This document shows, piece by piece, positions 1 to 14,124 of a DNA stretch of 64,000 nt. The DNA lies in the NCBI GenBank assembly GCA_950097015.1, contig CATNEN010000038.1, positions 19,034,001 through 19,098,000 of the forward strand, given 5' to 3'. The notes below the pieces were generated by a model, which had not been told where the DNA came from, did not search any database, and saw only the letters and a program-made list of their open reading frames with translations. Both the position numbers and the translations under genes were made by a program. How positions within the stretch are numbered: the first letter of the stretch is position 1; every line of letters starts with the position of its first letter. The stretch comes from Macrostomum hystrix. Lineage: Eukaryota > Animalia > Platyhelminthes.

Positions 1-1128
1 CGATAAAGTGACTGACCAGTAAGATCAGTTCTCAAAAAAGCAGTTTTTAGCTGCGTATCTAAGGCTTAACACCTGGTTGCTAAGTGACAGTCGATTGAAA
101 ATATTTTTTGGTTTTAAACCTCCGCTGGCTCCATCTGCTCTTTAACAAGGTTATACTATATCTAAATTTTATACTCAATGTTGTCTAACTTTTTACAGGC
201 TTCGTTTCTACTCGTCATTCGTTATCTGTTCAACAAATGTGTTGTGTTGTGCACAATGTTGTTGTTATACTACTAACTCACTCACATAAGTAGCATGAAA
301 TGCGTGCGCAGTGTAAATAGTTGGGTGGAGCTGTTGGCCTCCCAACAGTATTTTGGTGACTTGGGAAATGTATAATAATTGATGTTGAATGCGTGTCTGC
401 AACGTTTAGTTTGAGAATCAAATATAAATGTCATTTTTATATATTATTATTTTACTTGCATATATGCATATATACGAGCTATATATAATCTCACAGCACC
501 ATATTGCGAAACGCAAAATTAGCATGCCGCAAGCCTAAATTTTAATCTTTTTCCTTTTTGCTTTTTTTCATTTAAAACTTACCTTGAAAAGAAGATTGAA
601 ACATTTGGCCCATTTTTGGCAGGGGTCGCGGGTTCGAACCCTTTAATTGTTGCAAACCACTTCAATAGCGTATCTGGAACTCCAGGTGTATTGGAGGCTC
701 AAATCAAATAACAAAACTGTAAAACTTGAAGATCTAGGCACGGTTCGCTTAGAGGTTTTTCCTTGTTAGATAGGGAATCTTACCTGTTATGCAGGCTCAT
801 TTATCTACTAAATAAGGCCTTTAAGCTAAATTAATGTGGCTAAGCCGCTACGAGATTATGACTCACCTGCTATGGGATCGTGCTCACCTGCCATGAGATT
901 ATGACAAAGCTGGTGTGAGATAATCAAACAGCAGCTATGAGATTTGTTACGATCGGGTGCTGTAAGTTTATTGCATGGATGTTATTTAAATGTTGCTATG
1001 TGATGTTTTCAAAGCAGCAATCTCATTGTTGCATTGAAATTAGACTGAGCAATGAGATGAGATTATATCATCATTATTGAGACAATTTTTTCAGCTTTGG
1101 CGGATTCGGCCTTGCTTTTGACCTAGAC

Positions 1129-1371
1129 CAGGGGTAGGCAATCTTATTTGCTGGCGGGCCAAAGAGAGAACCTAAAAGACGACAGCGGGCCGCATTGACT
1201 GTATAAATATGAGATAGGGGAGAGATGAAACACGGGAGAGATTAGACACGGGAGATATTAGACACGAGATAGATGAAACAGGACACTGCAGATGTCAGAA
1301 GGGGCAACGGGCCGGATTCGGGAGCTTCGAGGGTCGCATCTGGCCCGCGGGCCGGAGTTTGCCGACCCCTG
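1129..1371. mobile_element. Non-autonomous hAT-like MITE
   Basis: Imperfect TIRs CAGGGGTAGGCAA / TTGCCGACCCCTG, flanked by a perfect 8-bp target-site duplication ACCTAGAC (1121-1128, 1372-1379). An 8-bp TSD is typical of hAT elements. Confidence 0.85.
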
Positions 1372-1407
1372 ACCTAGACCTTTACGATTAGTATCGTGCT
1401 ATGGCCC

Positions 1408-1683
1408 AGCGGTTGTGGTCCAGTGGTTAGAGCGTCGAATTCACGACTTGAAGTTCGGGGGTTCGATTCCACTCCACTGGACTCCACTGGAACAATGTGT
1501 AATTGACTCTTAAACTCTGCGTTGCTTCAGTTCACCCAGTTGTTAAATGGGTACCAGCATCTGCTGGGGTAATTGAGGTGGGTGTAGCGCTCCCCAGTCC
1601 ATGGACTGAACAGCCGTACGCAGCCTTCAGATGCGCCGCGCAATAGCTGTAATAAATTATTAGTGTTATTATATTATTATTAT
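1408..1683 (+). mobile_element. tRNA-derived SINE, family 1
   Basis: A-box-like TGGTCCAGTGG, B-box GGTTCGATTCC, central motif GCTTCAGTTCACCCAGTTGTTAAATGGGTACC, CAGTCCATGGACTGAACAG motif and an AT-rich (TTA)n tail. Homologous copies lie on the - strand at ~3585-3745, ~31826-32030 and ~45505-45745. Confidence 0.75.
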
Positions 1684-3093
1684 GCGCTATGGTCAGAAAT
1701 AGACGGTTTTAGTAAACAATGAATAAGGATTTCTAACTTTTAATTGGATTTATTTTTGAAGATTAAGAGGCAGTGAATTTTATTTACGAATTAATATTGA
1801 TAATAATAATAATTAATAATGACTCAACACACAAGTGATCCCAGTTTGAAAACACCTGCTGCCTATTTATTCTATGCTATAACTAATTATTTATTCGAAT
1901 ATAATGTAGGTAAACTAAAACAAAATATTTTAATGATCTACCCATTCATATTATCTACCCGGAATGAGCAAGCATAAATTGTCCGTCTATTTCTCTCGCA
2001 AAAAATGATTTGAATGCATAAGACAGACAGACTTGGTGTGGCATCATAAAAGCGCTTGTAGATGTACATATAAAATTGATAGAAATGTGCGCAAGTCCTT
2101 CAATGTACATTTCAAAGCGTACAGAGTCTATCAGAGAAGGGAAAGGCAGCAAGGCTTTACTTGGCCTTTTCTCTCTAACTCTCCGCTGTCAATCTCTCTC
2201 CCTCTCTTTCTACTCTAGCACCGGGGCGTTATATTGAATTGAAGATTTACATTGAGCGATTACGTAATACCCCTCCAATCCTGCTAGCTGAAGCCAGGCC
2301 CGGGGTATGGGCTGCATGGTATCGGAGAGAGACAGTGAGGGTCCCTCCCTGTAAAGAGGCAAAAGCTGTTCCGAGCCCTCCGCGGGCCTAGACCAATAAT
2401 TTTTTGTAGGGAAGGCGGAGCGATGAGTCATCGCTATGGCAGCAAAACACGCTCTTTGGACTTAGCTAGGGTTTGTGGGTTTGTGGAGTGGGGAGCGGGC
2501 GTTAAGAAGGAGCCTCCACGCAACTGTTCACTGGAGCCGCTCTGCGAATTTCTTCCCCCCACTCCTGTGCTAAGCCTGTCTTTCGTCCCCTGCCTACTAT
2601 CCCCCTGTTCATAGTTCGCGCAGCCACCCCAGCCCGCTGCCCTGGGAGCTGAGGTCAAGGCTATTCCCTCCTACGCCCACCGTAAACCCACCCACGCACG
2701 CGCAAAAACAGTGGAAGGCATTCACTCCTCTTGCTCTCTCGGAATTGCAGCCAACCAATAGGATGAGAGAGAGACGTAGCTATTAGTTTATTGCCCAGCC
2801 TTCGATAGCTGTTTGTCCCCTGAGCAACCAAAGATAGGCCTTTTTACATAGGAAAGTGTAAGAGAACGAGGCCAGGACTCTAAGCCATACATATTTTAAT
2901 ACTTTATAATACTTTATACCATATTGAATAGCTTACAATTGTCCAGCACTAAACAGAAATAAATCACTATTGTTAGATTTCCCAAAAAATTGCTAATACG
3001 AAAAGCTAGCTGTCCACTTCAAGCAAAAGCATGCCAAGCGTTTAGACTGCACCTAACAGCAACGCGAAAGCAGAAGACCAAGCAAGCCGACTA

Positions 3094-4320
3094 ATGTCTT
3101 CGTCCCAGCCAACGTGCCGACTGGGCAGCTCCGTGAAGCTCGAACCCGGTGGAGGCAGCGGGCCGGACTCGCTGCTCATGCTTGAGTCGGACTATTTTTC
3201 TGCAGCCGGCCTGGACTCTGTTGAGCCCAATTCGATGGTTATCGCGACAGCCTACGCTGACGATGTCGACGAGTCTATGGCTGACGACGGCATGGGCGAG
3301 CTGCCGTTGATTTCATCAGCGTTGGTGGCTGATTATGGGCAGGTGAGTTCGAATTTGCATCGCCTTCCTGAGACACCCGAGGCGGCGGAGGCCTACGGGG
3401 CGTCAGCTGAAACACCTGAAGCATGTCCGCAGGCACCCACAGAATGTCTGCTGAGAAACGTACTCCCTTTTCGCAGACACATACAGGATAAATAACAACA
3501 TTGGTAATAATGTATTACACCTGTCACAATCGGAACAGTCAGACGTGCAGGCGACAGCAAAGCCGCGTCTGAAAGCTATGTACAGCTGTTCAGTCCATGG
3601 ACATGGAGGTGCGCCACACCCACTCTCAGGTACCCCTGCCAATATTCAACAGCTGGGTGAACTGAAGCAATGCAGAGAAAATGTCTCGCAAAAGGACAAA
3701 AATTGTGCATCTTCATGTCGTGAGTCCAACCCTCTAAACACTACAACCTCCTAGGCTACAGGATGTTCGCAGACAGCTACAGGTTGTCAGCATAGACAGC
3801 TACAGGTTGTCAGCATACACAGCTACAGGTTGTCAGCACACACCTACAGAATGCCAGAAGACACCACTTGAGGGTTGCAACATCATAGCATGCATAACAA
3901 CAATGGTTTTGCTTACAAACGCATTGTCATTAAAATTTACAGACAAATCTTTCCTGCGGACAGCAGCAGCAGCAGCAGCAGCAGCTCCACCACTACATGC
4001 AGCAGCCAGCCAGTTCATTCTACGCCATGCCATCTGGAATGCAGCCCGTGCCGCTGCCACATCAGCAATCTCTGCTCAGCAGTCATCACCAGAATTATCT
4101 TCAGCAGCCACAGCAGCAACCCAGTCAGCACCATCAGGCTCTGCATCAGCAGGTGCCGTTGCCACAGCCACTCTACACGCACGACACAACCTTGGCGGCA
4201 GTCGCCTCCGTTCCGGCCACGCTTTCCTCCTCGTCCAGCTGCTTCCTGCCGGCTTCACCACCAAACTCCTCCGTTTCATCAACCACCTCGCCAACGACAA
4301 CGCCGCTAACGCCGATGCAT

Positions 4321-4351
<31 letters not shown>

Positions 4352-7300
4352 AGCAACAGGGGATGTTGTTTCAACAGCAGAGGTTGTCAACGGCACAGTC
4401 CATCTACTTGCAGCCAGCTCAGCAGCCGCTGCCGCCGCTGGCGCCACCGCCGCCTCCGTCACTTTTACAGCCGACTCGAAGCCAAACCGTCTATTTGACA
4501 GCCGCTGCTTTACCTTCTGGCGCGTCTGCGAGCCGCCAGCGCAGCCAAACCATCAGCGGCGACAGCGCCGGTGGTGGCGGAAGCAGCAGCGGCGGAAAGA
4601 GCCCTTGCCAGAAGCAGCAGCAGCAGCAGCTTCCTAGCACCACTACTCAAGAAGACATCGGTGGCAAAAGTGGACGTCGTGGAAAAGCGAGGAGCGGAAG
4701 TAAGAGCATTTCCGGTCATTTGAGAATGTCTGTCCTGTCATTAAGATTGTTTTTCGGTCATTGAGATAGCTTTTCCAGTTATTGATAATAGATCTCGGGC
4801 CAACGGGTATTAACCCTTGTCTTTCATCACGTGTCCAGTTCTAATTAAAGTTTTCAGTGGAATCGATTGAAAAAAATAGTAGCTGGAGAAGAAGCTAGAA
4901 TCATAGCTGGAGAAGAAGCTAGAATCATATGTTGCGTATGTTGCGTAATCAATCGACTAATTCGATAAACCCTGCGATAGGCAAGCAACCGGGTGGGAGG
5001 GCCTACTCCGCCCTCAACCGTAAAGTGGAGCTGCATTCCTATCATTCGCTCGTATTAAGAGTTTCGCCTGCGAAAATTGTCAGCTGTCCTGGGCCATTGG
5101 GAGCGGGATCGGTCATTGGTGGGGCTGCAATTCTGAAGCTAAGCAATAATTCATGCGATCTTGGTGATATCACGGGACAGGAAAGCTTGTAAGGGCCTGG
5201 AAAAGCTTCGTTCATAGCAATGTGGCTATACTCCCTTGCATTGTTTCTGACAGGTTTCTAAGAAAAGTGAAAAACTATCTAACAGGGGTTTGTCTCACTT
5301 CTCTGGTGTCCATTGTCCACTAGTCAGGACAGCTTCTGTTATTTTTTGTTTTAATCCAGATCCAGACTATGAAAATTTCTGAGTGCAAAAAAAGAACTCC
5401 GAAAATTCTTTTTTTATTTCGCGACATTTTGTAGCTTGAGATCAAATTTACAACGACTGATGCGTCAATTTTTGTTGCAGGCACACCGTACATTCCCAGC
5501 TACATGGACCTGTCCAATGGTCCCGAGCCGTGTATTGTGTGTAACGACGCTGCCACCGGCTATCACTACCGATGCATGACCTGCGAGGGCTGCAAGGTAA
5601 GGTCCCGATTTGTGTCAGGTGTCCAGAGTAGAGGATGCTCACATGTTGCACTGTCTGCTCACCTGTTGTACTATGGGAGATTGGGGTCTGCTCACCTGTT
5701 TCACTATGGGAGATTGGGGTCTGCTTACCTGTCGTACTATGGGAGATTGGGGTCTGCTCACCTGTTTCACTATGGGAGATTGGGGTCTGCTTACCTGTCG
5801 TACTATGGGAGATTGGGGTCTGCTCACCTGTTTCACTATGGGAGATTGGGGTCTGCTTACCTGTTCTACTATGGGAGATTGGGGTCTGCTCACCTGTTTC
5901 ACTATGGGAGATTGGGGTCTGATTTCCTGTCGTACTATGGGAGATTGGGGTCTGCTCACCTGTTTCACTATGGGAGATTGGGGTCTGCTTACCTGTTCTA
6001 CTATGGGAGATTGGGGTCTGCTCACCTGTTTCACTATGGGAGATTGGGGTCTGCTTTCCTGTTGTACTATGGGAGATTGGGGTCTGCTCACCTGTTTCAC
6101 TATGGGAGATTGGGGTCTGCTTTCCTGTTGTACTATGGGAGATTGGGGTCTGCTCACCTGTTTCACTATGGGAGATTGGGGTCTGCTTACCTGTTCTACT
6201 ATGGGAGATTGGGGTCCGCTCACCTGTTTCACTATGGGAGATTGGGGTCCGCTCACCTGTTTCACTATGGGAGATTGGGGTCTGCTTTCCTGTTGTACTA
6301 TGGGAGATTGGGGTCTGCTCACCTGTTTCACTATGGGAGATTGGGGTCTGCTTACCTGTTCTACTATGGGAGATTGGGGTCCGCTCACCTGTTTCACTAT
6401 GGGAGATTGGGGTCCGCTCACCTGTTTCACTATGGGAGATTAAGGTCTGCTCTCCTGTTGTACTATGGGAGATTGGGGTCTGCTCTCCTGTTGTACTATG
6501 GGAGATTAAGGTCCGCTCACCTGTTTCACTATGGGAGTTTGGGGTCTGCTCACCTGTTGTACTATGGGAGATTGTGGTCTGCTCACCTGTTGTATGTACT
6601 ATGGCTCTAGTAGCAACGATATTATCTAATATCACCTGGATATTACTAGCGAATCAGCGATTCACAATTCTTATTCTTTCATATGAATCGGGACAGTATA
6701 GCATGCATGTATTTTTCCTACAGAAAAATAAATAAACTGCAGGAGGGCTGCAGGCAATGGCACCTCATTTGGTGACACTTGACCTAGGCAATTCTGCCCA
6801 TTTCGCTGACTCCTGAGCACACACTCACACTGATACCGTACTCAGGCACACACTCACACAGGTATGAACACCTGCCCTAAATTTCTTATCGTCAGGCAGT
6901 GTACACTGTCACTGTGCGTTGGAGGTTGGCCTTTTGAGGTGTTAACTAAACTACCAGCCCCCAAGCCTTCTCTCCCAGGTTGCGCCCCAAATGAATGTGG
7001 CCTCGCCGCGGAATCGAGCTCAGGGACCTTAGTGCGAGGGGCAGACGCGTTAGGCCGCTCTGCCACTCATCCCCAATTCCTACAGTTTATGAACAAGTTT
7101 AAACCTGCTGTAAATATGCCCATTACGTAATCAACTTTATCGCGCAACTGGCTGCTGCAGTTCGGCGCTGGCAGTGCTTTGCACTTGCTAGACTAAAGAC
7201 AAGACCAATTATTCCAAGCACCTGACAGACCTAAAGGTGATGTACAGTAATTGAATGAGCGACCTTCAGTCTCTGTACCACTGCACCCTCTGCTTCTGTG

Positions 7301-10300
7301 CTCTAGCCGCTAAAGCGCTGCCCAAGCCTCCCTATTTTTTACCTGGGGTTTGACCCGACGTGGCCCGCCAGTAGGGCTTGGGTGGACCGCCGGCGACCTC
7401 GAGCTAACATTGTTTTTGTTTTGTAGTTCATTGTGTAATGCAAATGTTAATTATGTGTTAGACTTGTTATTGGTCTACTATAGGCTGAAAGGAGCCAGCG
7501 ACCTTCGTATTTAATATGGTAGGTTTGACAACTAATTTGCAATTATAATTCACCTGCACTGTCCGGTGCCCTCTGCGACCGCGATGTCAATATCAGCTGT
7601 TTTAAGTGTTTTCAATAGTACTGGGCATCGTTTAATTAATGAATTGTTTGCAAGGCAGTTTGAAACCGTATATTACATCGATTAAATAAGGCTGCTTTCA
7701 TTAAATAACGATTAAGAAGAATTTTGCGACAGGACGACCCACAGACAGCGAGGAGGAGTGGAGCTGCAGACCCGTTAACGGCTACAGGTCTTAAAACAGT
7801 GGCCTGAACTAAGACCATGCACTGTATTGTATTCTTGTTTTATTGAGATATCTCGCGGCCCTTATATTAAAAAGCCATCCAGTCGTAAAATTTAATTTAT
7901 GGCTTTTTATGTCAGAGTTAAAAGGCTTATTGCATGTATTTTTATTTAAGATAATTTGGTTAATTAAATGGTCGATTTGATAAAAAATGCTCCACTTAGA
8001 TAAGCGCACCTTGTGAAATACCTGGAGTACATCACTATCTTAACTGAATGAGGAAAATTGTTTCAAAACGGCCTCAGAAAAGACGCGTAAAGTTTTATTA
8101 GGAAATTACTAAAATTCATAGGACAAAATTCTTAAACGATATACAAGTGTAATAGTCACATTTTTATATTACTCTGTGAACTCATAAAAACGCATAACCC
8201 GTCACCCAGGGCTTCTTCCGGCGTACCATTCAGAAGAACCTGCAGTATCACTGCAAGTGGAACGAGAACTGCCAAATTGATAAGAACACTCGTAACCAAT
8301 GCCAACAGTGCCGCTTCAAGAAATGTCTGGCGGTTGGAATGGCCGCTGACCGTAAGTCGAGTTTGCATTTGTTTCGTGAGCAGACCATCATTCACGCCGA
8401 TTCAAACCTGTATTTTCATTCACTCCAAAAATTTACACCTGTCAGTCATTCAGTCAGTCAATCTGCGTTTACACCTGGAAATCACCCACTTACATTTTTA
8501 CCTGCCAATCACCCACTTACAATCATACCTGCCAATTACCACTTACAATCATACCTGCCAATTACCACTTACAATCATACCTGCCAATTACCACTTACAA
8601 TCATACCTGTAGATCACCCACTTACATTCACACCTGCCAATCATCCACTTACATTCACACCTGCCAATCACCCACTTAAATTCACACCTGCCAATCACCC
8701 ACTTAAATTCACACCTGTAAATCACCCACATACATTCATACCTGAAAATCACCCACTTACATTCACACCTGTAAATTTCACTCCTTCAATCAACTCCAGT
8801 GGTGCTGAATGAAAAGCAGCGAGTAGCCAAGCGCAAGCTAATTGAAGAAAATCGTCAACGCCGCTGTGCCGGAGACACCTGCAAGCGTTCATCGGCCAAG
8901 GAGGAAATTGGCTGTGGCAGCGGCGGCGGCGGCGGCAGCGGCAGCGGCGGAGGCTTCGAGGGCCCCAGCTGCTGCGGCTCGGAGGACTCCGTTGACATCT
9001 CGGACGACGAGCGGGCCATCATTGATGGCGTGACCGCCTCCTACTGTCTGGCCTGGCCAGAGCGGCTGGAGGCCCCGTCCGAGGATTCGAACCCAGGGAT
9101 CTTCGGGGTAAGTGCAGCTTCTAGTGAATACTGATTGTAGGCATGTATTAAATCTGTGTAGACATCACAGCTTTGTGTCCTACTTAAAGCAGTCGAGCAG
9201 TTGAAATAATTCGTGTTATAATAACTTTGTTGGACTGAGTTCAAATTGCAGCAACATTTGGCCTTGAGCAAGACTATGTCCAGTTGCTTTAGTTCACCCA
9301 ACTATCTATCAACTAGCTATTTATAGCTATCCGCAATATACACTTGACAGAACGGCGGCAGTGCCTACAATCGTTCGCATCCTCAGCGGCGGGTGTCGTC
9401 GCCCTGTCCGGATCTGGTTGATAAGCTTTCGCGCCACGTGGTGTGCTCATTGATGAGCAAGGTAAAATGGGATTTATGATTTGACTTGTAGTTTCTGAGC
9501 TCAACTTTATATCGAGAGATTTGCAGGCTACAAAGAAGAATATTTTTCAACCTCCAGACAGAGCAGGTTGAAGACGAAGACATTGCTATGAACAGGCAGG
9601 ATTGGCCTACAGTTTTCGATAGTCTCACCCAGGTTCTGTCGGGCGCTGCAGCCAGCGTGGTGAAGTTTGCCAGCGGAGTTACGGGTTTCCGATCGGTGAG
9701 AAAATATTTTCAGAGCTGACTCATTTCTTCGGTCCTAATCTTTGATTTGAAAGGGGTCTTGGCTTGTACGCCATTGTCAGGGATGGGATAATCGTGTTAG
9801 TTATGCCATTTTCTGGGATATCAGAATCGTGTCAGTATCCAATTGCCGGGAATGGGAGGATCGTGTCAGTATCCCATTGCCGGGAATGGGAGGATCGTGT
9901 CAGTATCCCATTGCCGGGAATGGGAGGATCGTATCAGTATCCCGTTGTCACGGATGGGAGAATCGTGTCAGTATCCCATTGTCACGGATGGGAGGATCGT
10001 GTCAGTATCCCATTGTCACGGATGGGAGAATCGTGTCAGTATCCCATTGTCACGGATGGGAGAATCGTGTCAGTATCCCATTGCCGGGAATGGGAGGATC
10101 GTGTCAGTATCCCGTTGTCACGGATGGGAGAATCGTGTCAGTATCCCATTGTCACGGATGGGAGGATCGTGTCAGTATCCCATTGTCACGGATGGGAGGA
10201 TCGTGTCAGTATCCCATTGCCGGGAATGGGAGGATCGTGTCAGTATCCCATTGCCGGGAATGGGAGGATCGTGTCAGTATCCCGTTGTCACGGATGGGAG

Positions 10301-11975
10301 AATCGTGTCAGTATCCCGTTGTCACGGATGGGAGAATCGTGTCAGTATCCCATTGTCACGGATGGGAGAATCGTGTCAGTATCCCATTGTCACGGATGGG
10401 AGAATCGTGTCAGTATCCCGTTGTCACGGATGGGAGAATCGTGTCAGTATCCCATTGTCACGGATGGGAGGATCGTGTCAGTATCATTGCCGGGAATGGG
10501 AGGATCGTGTCAGTATCCCATTGTCAGGGATGAGAGAATTGTGCCCATCTGCCAGTGTCAGTAACGTCAATCCTCCCTGATCTTTCCTCGGCTTCGCCAG
10601 CTGAGCGAGCGCGACCAGTTCCAGCTACTAAAGTGCAGCTGCATGGAGATCCTCTGCCTGCGAGCCGCCTGCCGTCACAATCAGCAGAGAGCCGACGGAG
10701 TCCCCGATGAGGCTTCGGCATCTGCGGCTGCCGCTGCAGTGGGCAGCGGCAACCGGCTGCTAGGAGATTTTCTCGAGCCGCTCTGGGACTTCGCTGCCAG
10801 CCTTGCTCGACTGGAGCTGGACCAGCAGGAAGTGGCGATGCTGGCTGGTGAGCTTCGCTTCGGATCCACTCCGATGCCTGTTCTTGACGAATCGCGCATG
10901 TTCAAATCCAAATCGGATTTGTGCCTGTCTCTGTTGTCTGCTCTCTATTCACTCTTTCGTTCTCTGCATTTTTTGTTTAAATTGTCTAGTTTTAGTTCTA
11001 GTACTTTCTCTCTTGTTATCTCTGCCCGCGGCTGATCTCTCATTCTGGCAAATCTGGAAATCTCCCTTCCTCCTTTCTCATTGGTCACCATCTCACCCCA
11101 AATGCTAAACATTTTTATTCTACAACCCTCTGTCTTATCCCATCTGTCTGGGAATTGACTCCGTATTCACTCTATCTAGACTGCTCGGCTACCTGCAAGC
11201 CAGCGACAATTATTTAAAAGTTGTTTTCGCCAGTGCATGAAGACTTACTTGAAACTTGGATTGCCTCAAATAGGCGTGCTGCTGATGCAAAGCGACCGCA
11301 TGGGTCTACAACAGCCGGACCGGATCGAGTCAGTACAGGACGGCATTCTGAGCGCTTTCAAGCGATACGTCACTGAGAAGCGCTGCCGGCAGTGTGTAGA
11401 CTGGGCCAAAATCTTGATGAAGGTGAGCAAAGGTATTTTTTTCATAAATAAGGAACATATAACCTCAGACATAAGATATCAAACATTTTATGATTCTAGC
11501 ATCCCTATACTAACTGATACTGCTCGAATGAAAACAACTGCACCCGATTCCAGTAGAAATAACGGGCCGTCGAAATTAGCTCGTAATTTGACGATGCGAA
11601 TTTTGTTATTGCTATTTTTAGAACAGCAAGACAGTCATAACACGCCATGCCTTACATTTATCTGTCTTTGTCCTATAAATAATTCAATGAATTCGTGGGG
11701 TTTATCAGCTAGTCTACTATACTAAAATCATTTTTCTTAAGGTCACGGATCTGCGCACGATAGTAACTCGCCAGGGCGACGCGGTTTTGTCAATGCGCTT
11801 TGAAGCGCCATCAGGCACGGACGCGGTGCCAGCTCTGTTCCGTAGAGTGTTCTGCGAGCCAGACAGCGACAGCGCCTCCGCCGTTTTGTCCGCCGCACCC
11901 GCAGTCGCCAGCACCGTAGGCACTGAAAGCGACGAGTGCCTGGCCGGACTGCGACTCAAATCTGAGCTTGACTGA
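3094..11975 (+). CDS. THR: Thyroid hormone receptor-like nuclear receptor (NR1A), ~816 aa, 10 coding exons
   Basis: Phase-consistent GT-AG exons 3094-3342, 3943-4699, 5481-5596, 8210-8351, 8800-9107, 9351-9461, 9558-9695, 10601-10847, 11274-11422, 11742-11975. Motifs: PYIPSYM before the DBD; CIVCND...[21 protein letters not shown] (P-box EGCKG); second finger to [11 protein letters not shown]; TR hinge [19 protein letters not shown]; LBD motifs [37 protein letters not shown]-terminal exons are less certain. Confidence 0.9.
5650..6600. repeat. Intronic 33-bp minisatellite (ctgctcacctgtttcactatgggagattggggt)
   Basis: About 28 tandem units; explains the repetitive ORFs at 5448-6635. Confidence 0.95.
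6737..7069 (-). mobile_element. tRNA-derived SINE, family 2
   Basis: Reverse-complement homologue of the copy at 30000-30366 (GTGGCAGAGCGG A-box, degenerate B-box, CACATTCATTTGGGGCGC core). Confidence 0.8.
8480..8780. repeat. Intronic ~24-28-bp degenerate minisatellite (cacttacattcacacctgccaatcacc)
   Basis: Tandem units are visible. Confidence 0.85.
9825..10530. repeat. Intronic 32-bp minisatellite (atcgtgtcagtatcccattgtcacggatggga)
   Basis: About 22 tandem units. Confidence 0.95.
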
Positions 11976-14124
11976 TGTTCATAACACCTGGGCATTATTC
12001 TGCAGGGCTGATTCTACCATTGTGACGATTGTTGAGGAAATTTCTAAATCTTATTTTTAAGTGATAATTTTTTATTGTGTACATATTTTTTAAGATTTTA
12101 AACAGTCTTGTAAAGTTAAAAAGTATGCTGTGAGCTAAGCTTAGAATGTCACTCAGGGATGCACAATAGGAGGTCCTGTAGTATTTTTTAAAACTATTAT
12201 TATTCGCTACTTAACGTAGTTTTTTGGTGTTTTTCTTTCAAACGGTAACTTTTTCATTGTTTTTATAGACGTTGATTCACTATTTAATTTAATAGCAAAG
12301 CTTTTACGAAGTCTAATTTTAAGACTAAACGGTGGGAGTTGTGTCTATCGTCGATCGTACCCGTTGATTTGAAATCGTATGATTTAATATCTCCGGTTCA
12401 ATTTTAACAGTTTAAATTTGCATATTTTTTTAACCTGCTTTAATCTAAAAGTCTTTTTCAGAGGGTACTGCTATGACTATTGCTAACTGATTGAAAGATT
12501 TTTGTTTCTGTAAAGTTATAAAATTACTATTTTTTATCATTTACGTTGCAACCTGGTGTAAAAATGCTACCTGGTTATTTAGTTCATTGTTTTACAGTTA
12601 GATTTTCTGTTTACCATATATAGATTAATCATAAGAACTATTAACTTAGCTTCTTAGAATATTTAACACTGTACACGCGTCATGAAACTACTTTCATTTG
12701 CGTATGTTTAGATTTCCTAAACAATTTTGTTTTAATTATTTTTAAATTCAAAACACTTTTACAGTCGTCAAAGCTGTCAGCAAATTAGTTAAAAATCTCG
12801 TTTTATAAGAAAAATGTCTGTAAGTTGAAACAACTCATTTTCGTTTTTGACCCGCGATTTCGAGCTTGCACAGACAGTAGTTTTTAATGACAAGTGCAGG
12901 CTATTCTGTTTTCCCCTAGTAAAAATTGTTCTGCCGCGAGTTATCATGTTGCTTTAGATAAATTAGCACTGCCTCATTTTTTGCTGATGCTTTCTTCGTG
13001 ACTTTTTTATGGCTTGCGACTTTCGATTCAAGACTTGTTGCTTAAAATAACACTTACTTGTCTTGAAGCCTGCTTCGATGTCTCGCTTTGATTTTTTTCG
13101 GCTCTTGTGTGCACAACTCACTTGTACAAATACCGCGGAAAAGTTAAAGCAGAGCCTCATTGTTGTTGAGGAACTGTTACGTCATACGCTTGACTATAAA
13201 TGTTAAGTAATGAAATTCTATAAAAAATATTCGCTTTTTTGACTCGGTGACCTTTAGCCAGTGATTGACGATCTTATTAGAATCGATGATTTGTTAAAAC
13301 CGTCAACTTTAATTTAAATATTAGACTTTTAAATGTCGCGACTTATTAGAATCGCAGACTTTTTAATTCGGTGATTTGTTTGAATATTCGAATTCCAAAA
13401 ATGTAACTTTTTATTTGCAGGTTTTGTCAACGGAATTATCTCTAGAATGTGGGCGTGACTTTCAGGGAGAAATTTAACTTTTTTACCTCAAATTTTCTTT
13501 TGACCCGACTGTGTCAATTGGCTTGCTGTGTTTTATCTGTAGTATTAAAACGATTGCCGGTAGTAAAAAATGCGGTTTACGATTTTTGATATGCTCATCT
13601 GAAAACACATATATAGCTCGTAGATTGCGAAACTAATTTGTGCTTTGTCAATTGCAATTTTACTTACCTCAGCACCCCGTCTCACTGATCGTAATGCCCG
13701 GTAGAAATGAATTTGTCTAACTGAACCGATTCACGTTTTGAAACCGCGTAAGTTAAAAGTTATACTACTTTTTTACAAACGGACCTACTGACAGTAGCGT
13801 GTAGCAGATGGCTTATTTATTTATTGAGGTCTGGCTTGGAGACAGTTTTTTTATCGTAGTAACTCTTTAATGAGAAAATTCATGTCTCTATTGGTTTATG
13901 TCTTATTATTTTAATAGAAACACAAATAAATAGTAGTAGAATTTGAATACGTTATAAAATATCGCTTTTTTTCTTGTGCAAGATTAACACTTTAACCTGA
14001 AACTGCTGCACTTTCATTATTTAGAAACTTTTTTCTCAAAACAATTGAACAGCCTCAGTCAACAGACTACTAGTCTCAGAAATTGAACATGACAGAGAGA
14101 GAGATGGGATAAAAGGCAGCCTCC

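Noticed and set aside
1408-1480. tRNA gene (also 30000-30075)
   Set aside because: A and B boxes are present but there is no proper cloverleaf; each continues into a SINE body and tail, with several dispersed copies.
5448-6635. Long repetitive ORFs (also 9764-10580, 18845-19407, 19733-21419, 25530-26186, 26865-27622, 41689-42209, 43769-45184)
   Set aside because: They are translations of minisatellites in introns or spacers and are open in several frames on both strands.
6854-7130. Similar short ORFs at 6854-7130, 26229-26441 and 29814-30218 suggesting a gene family
   Set aside because: The similarity comes from SINE family 2 copies.
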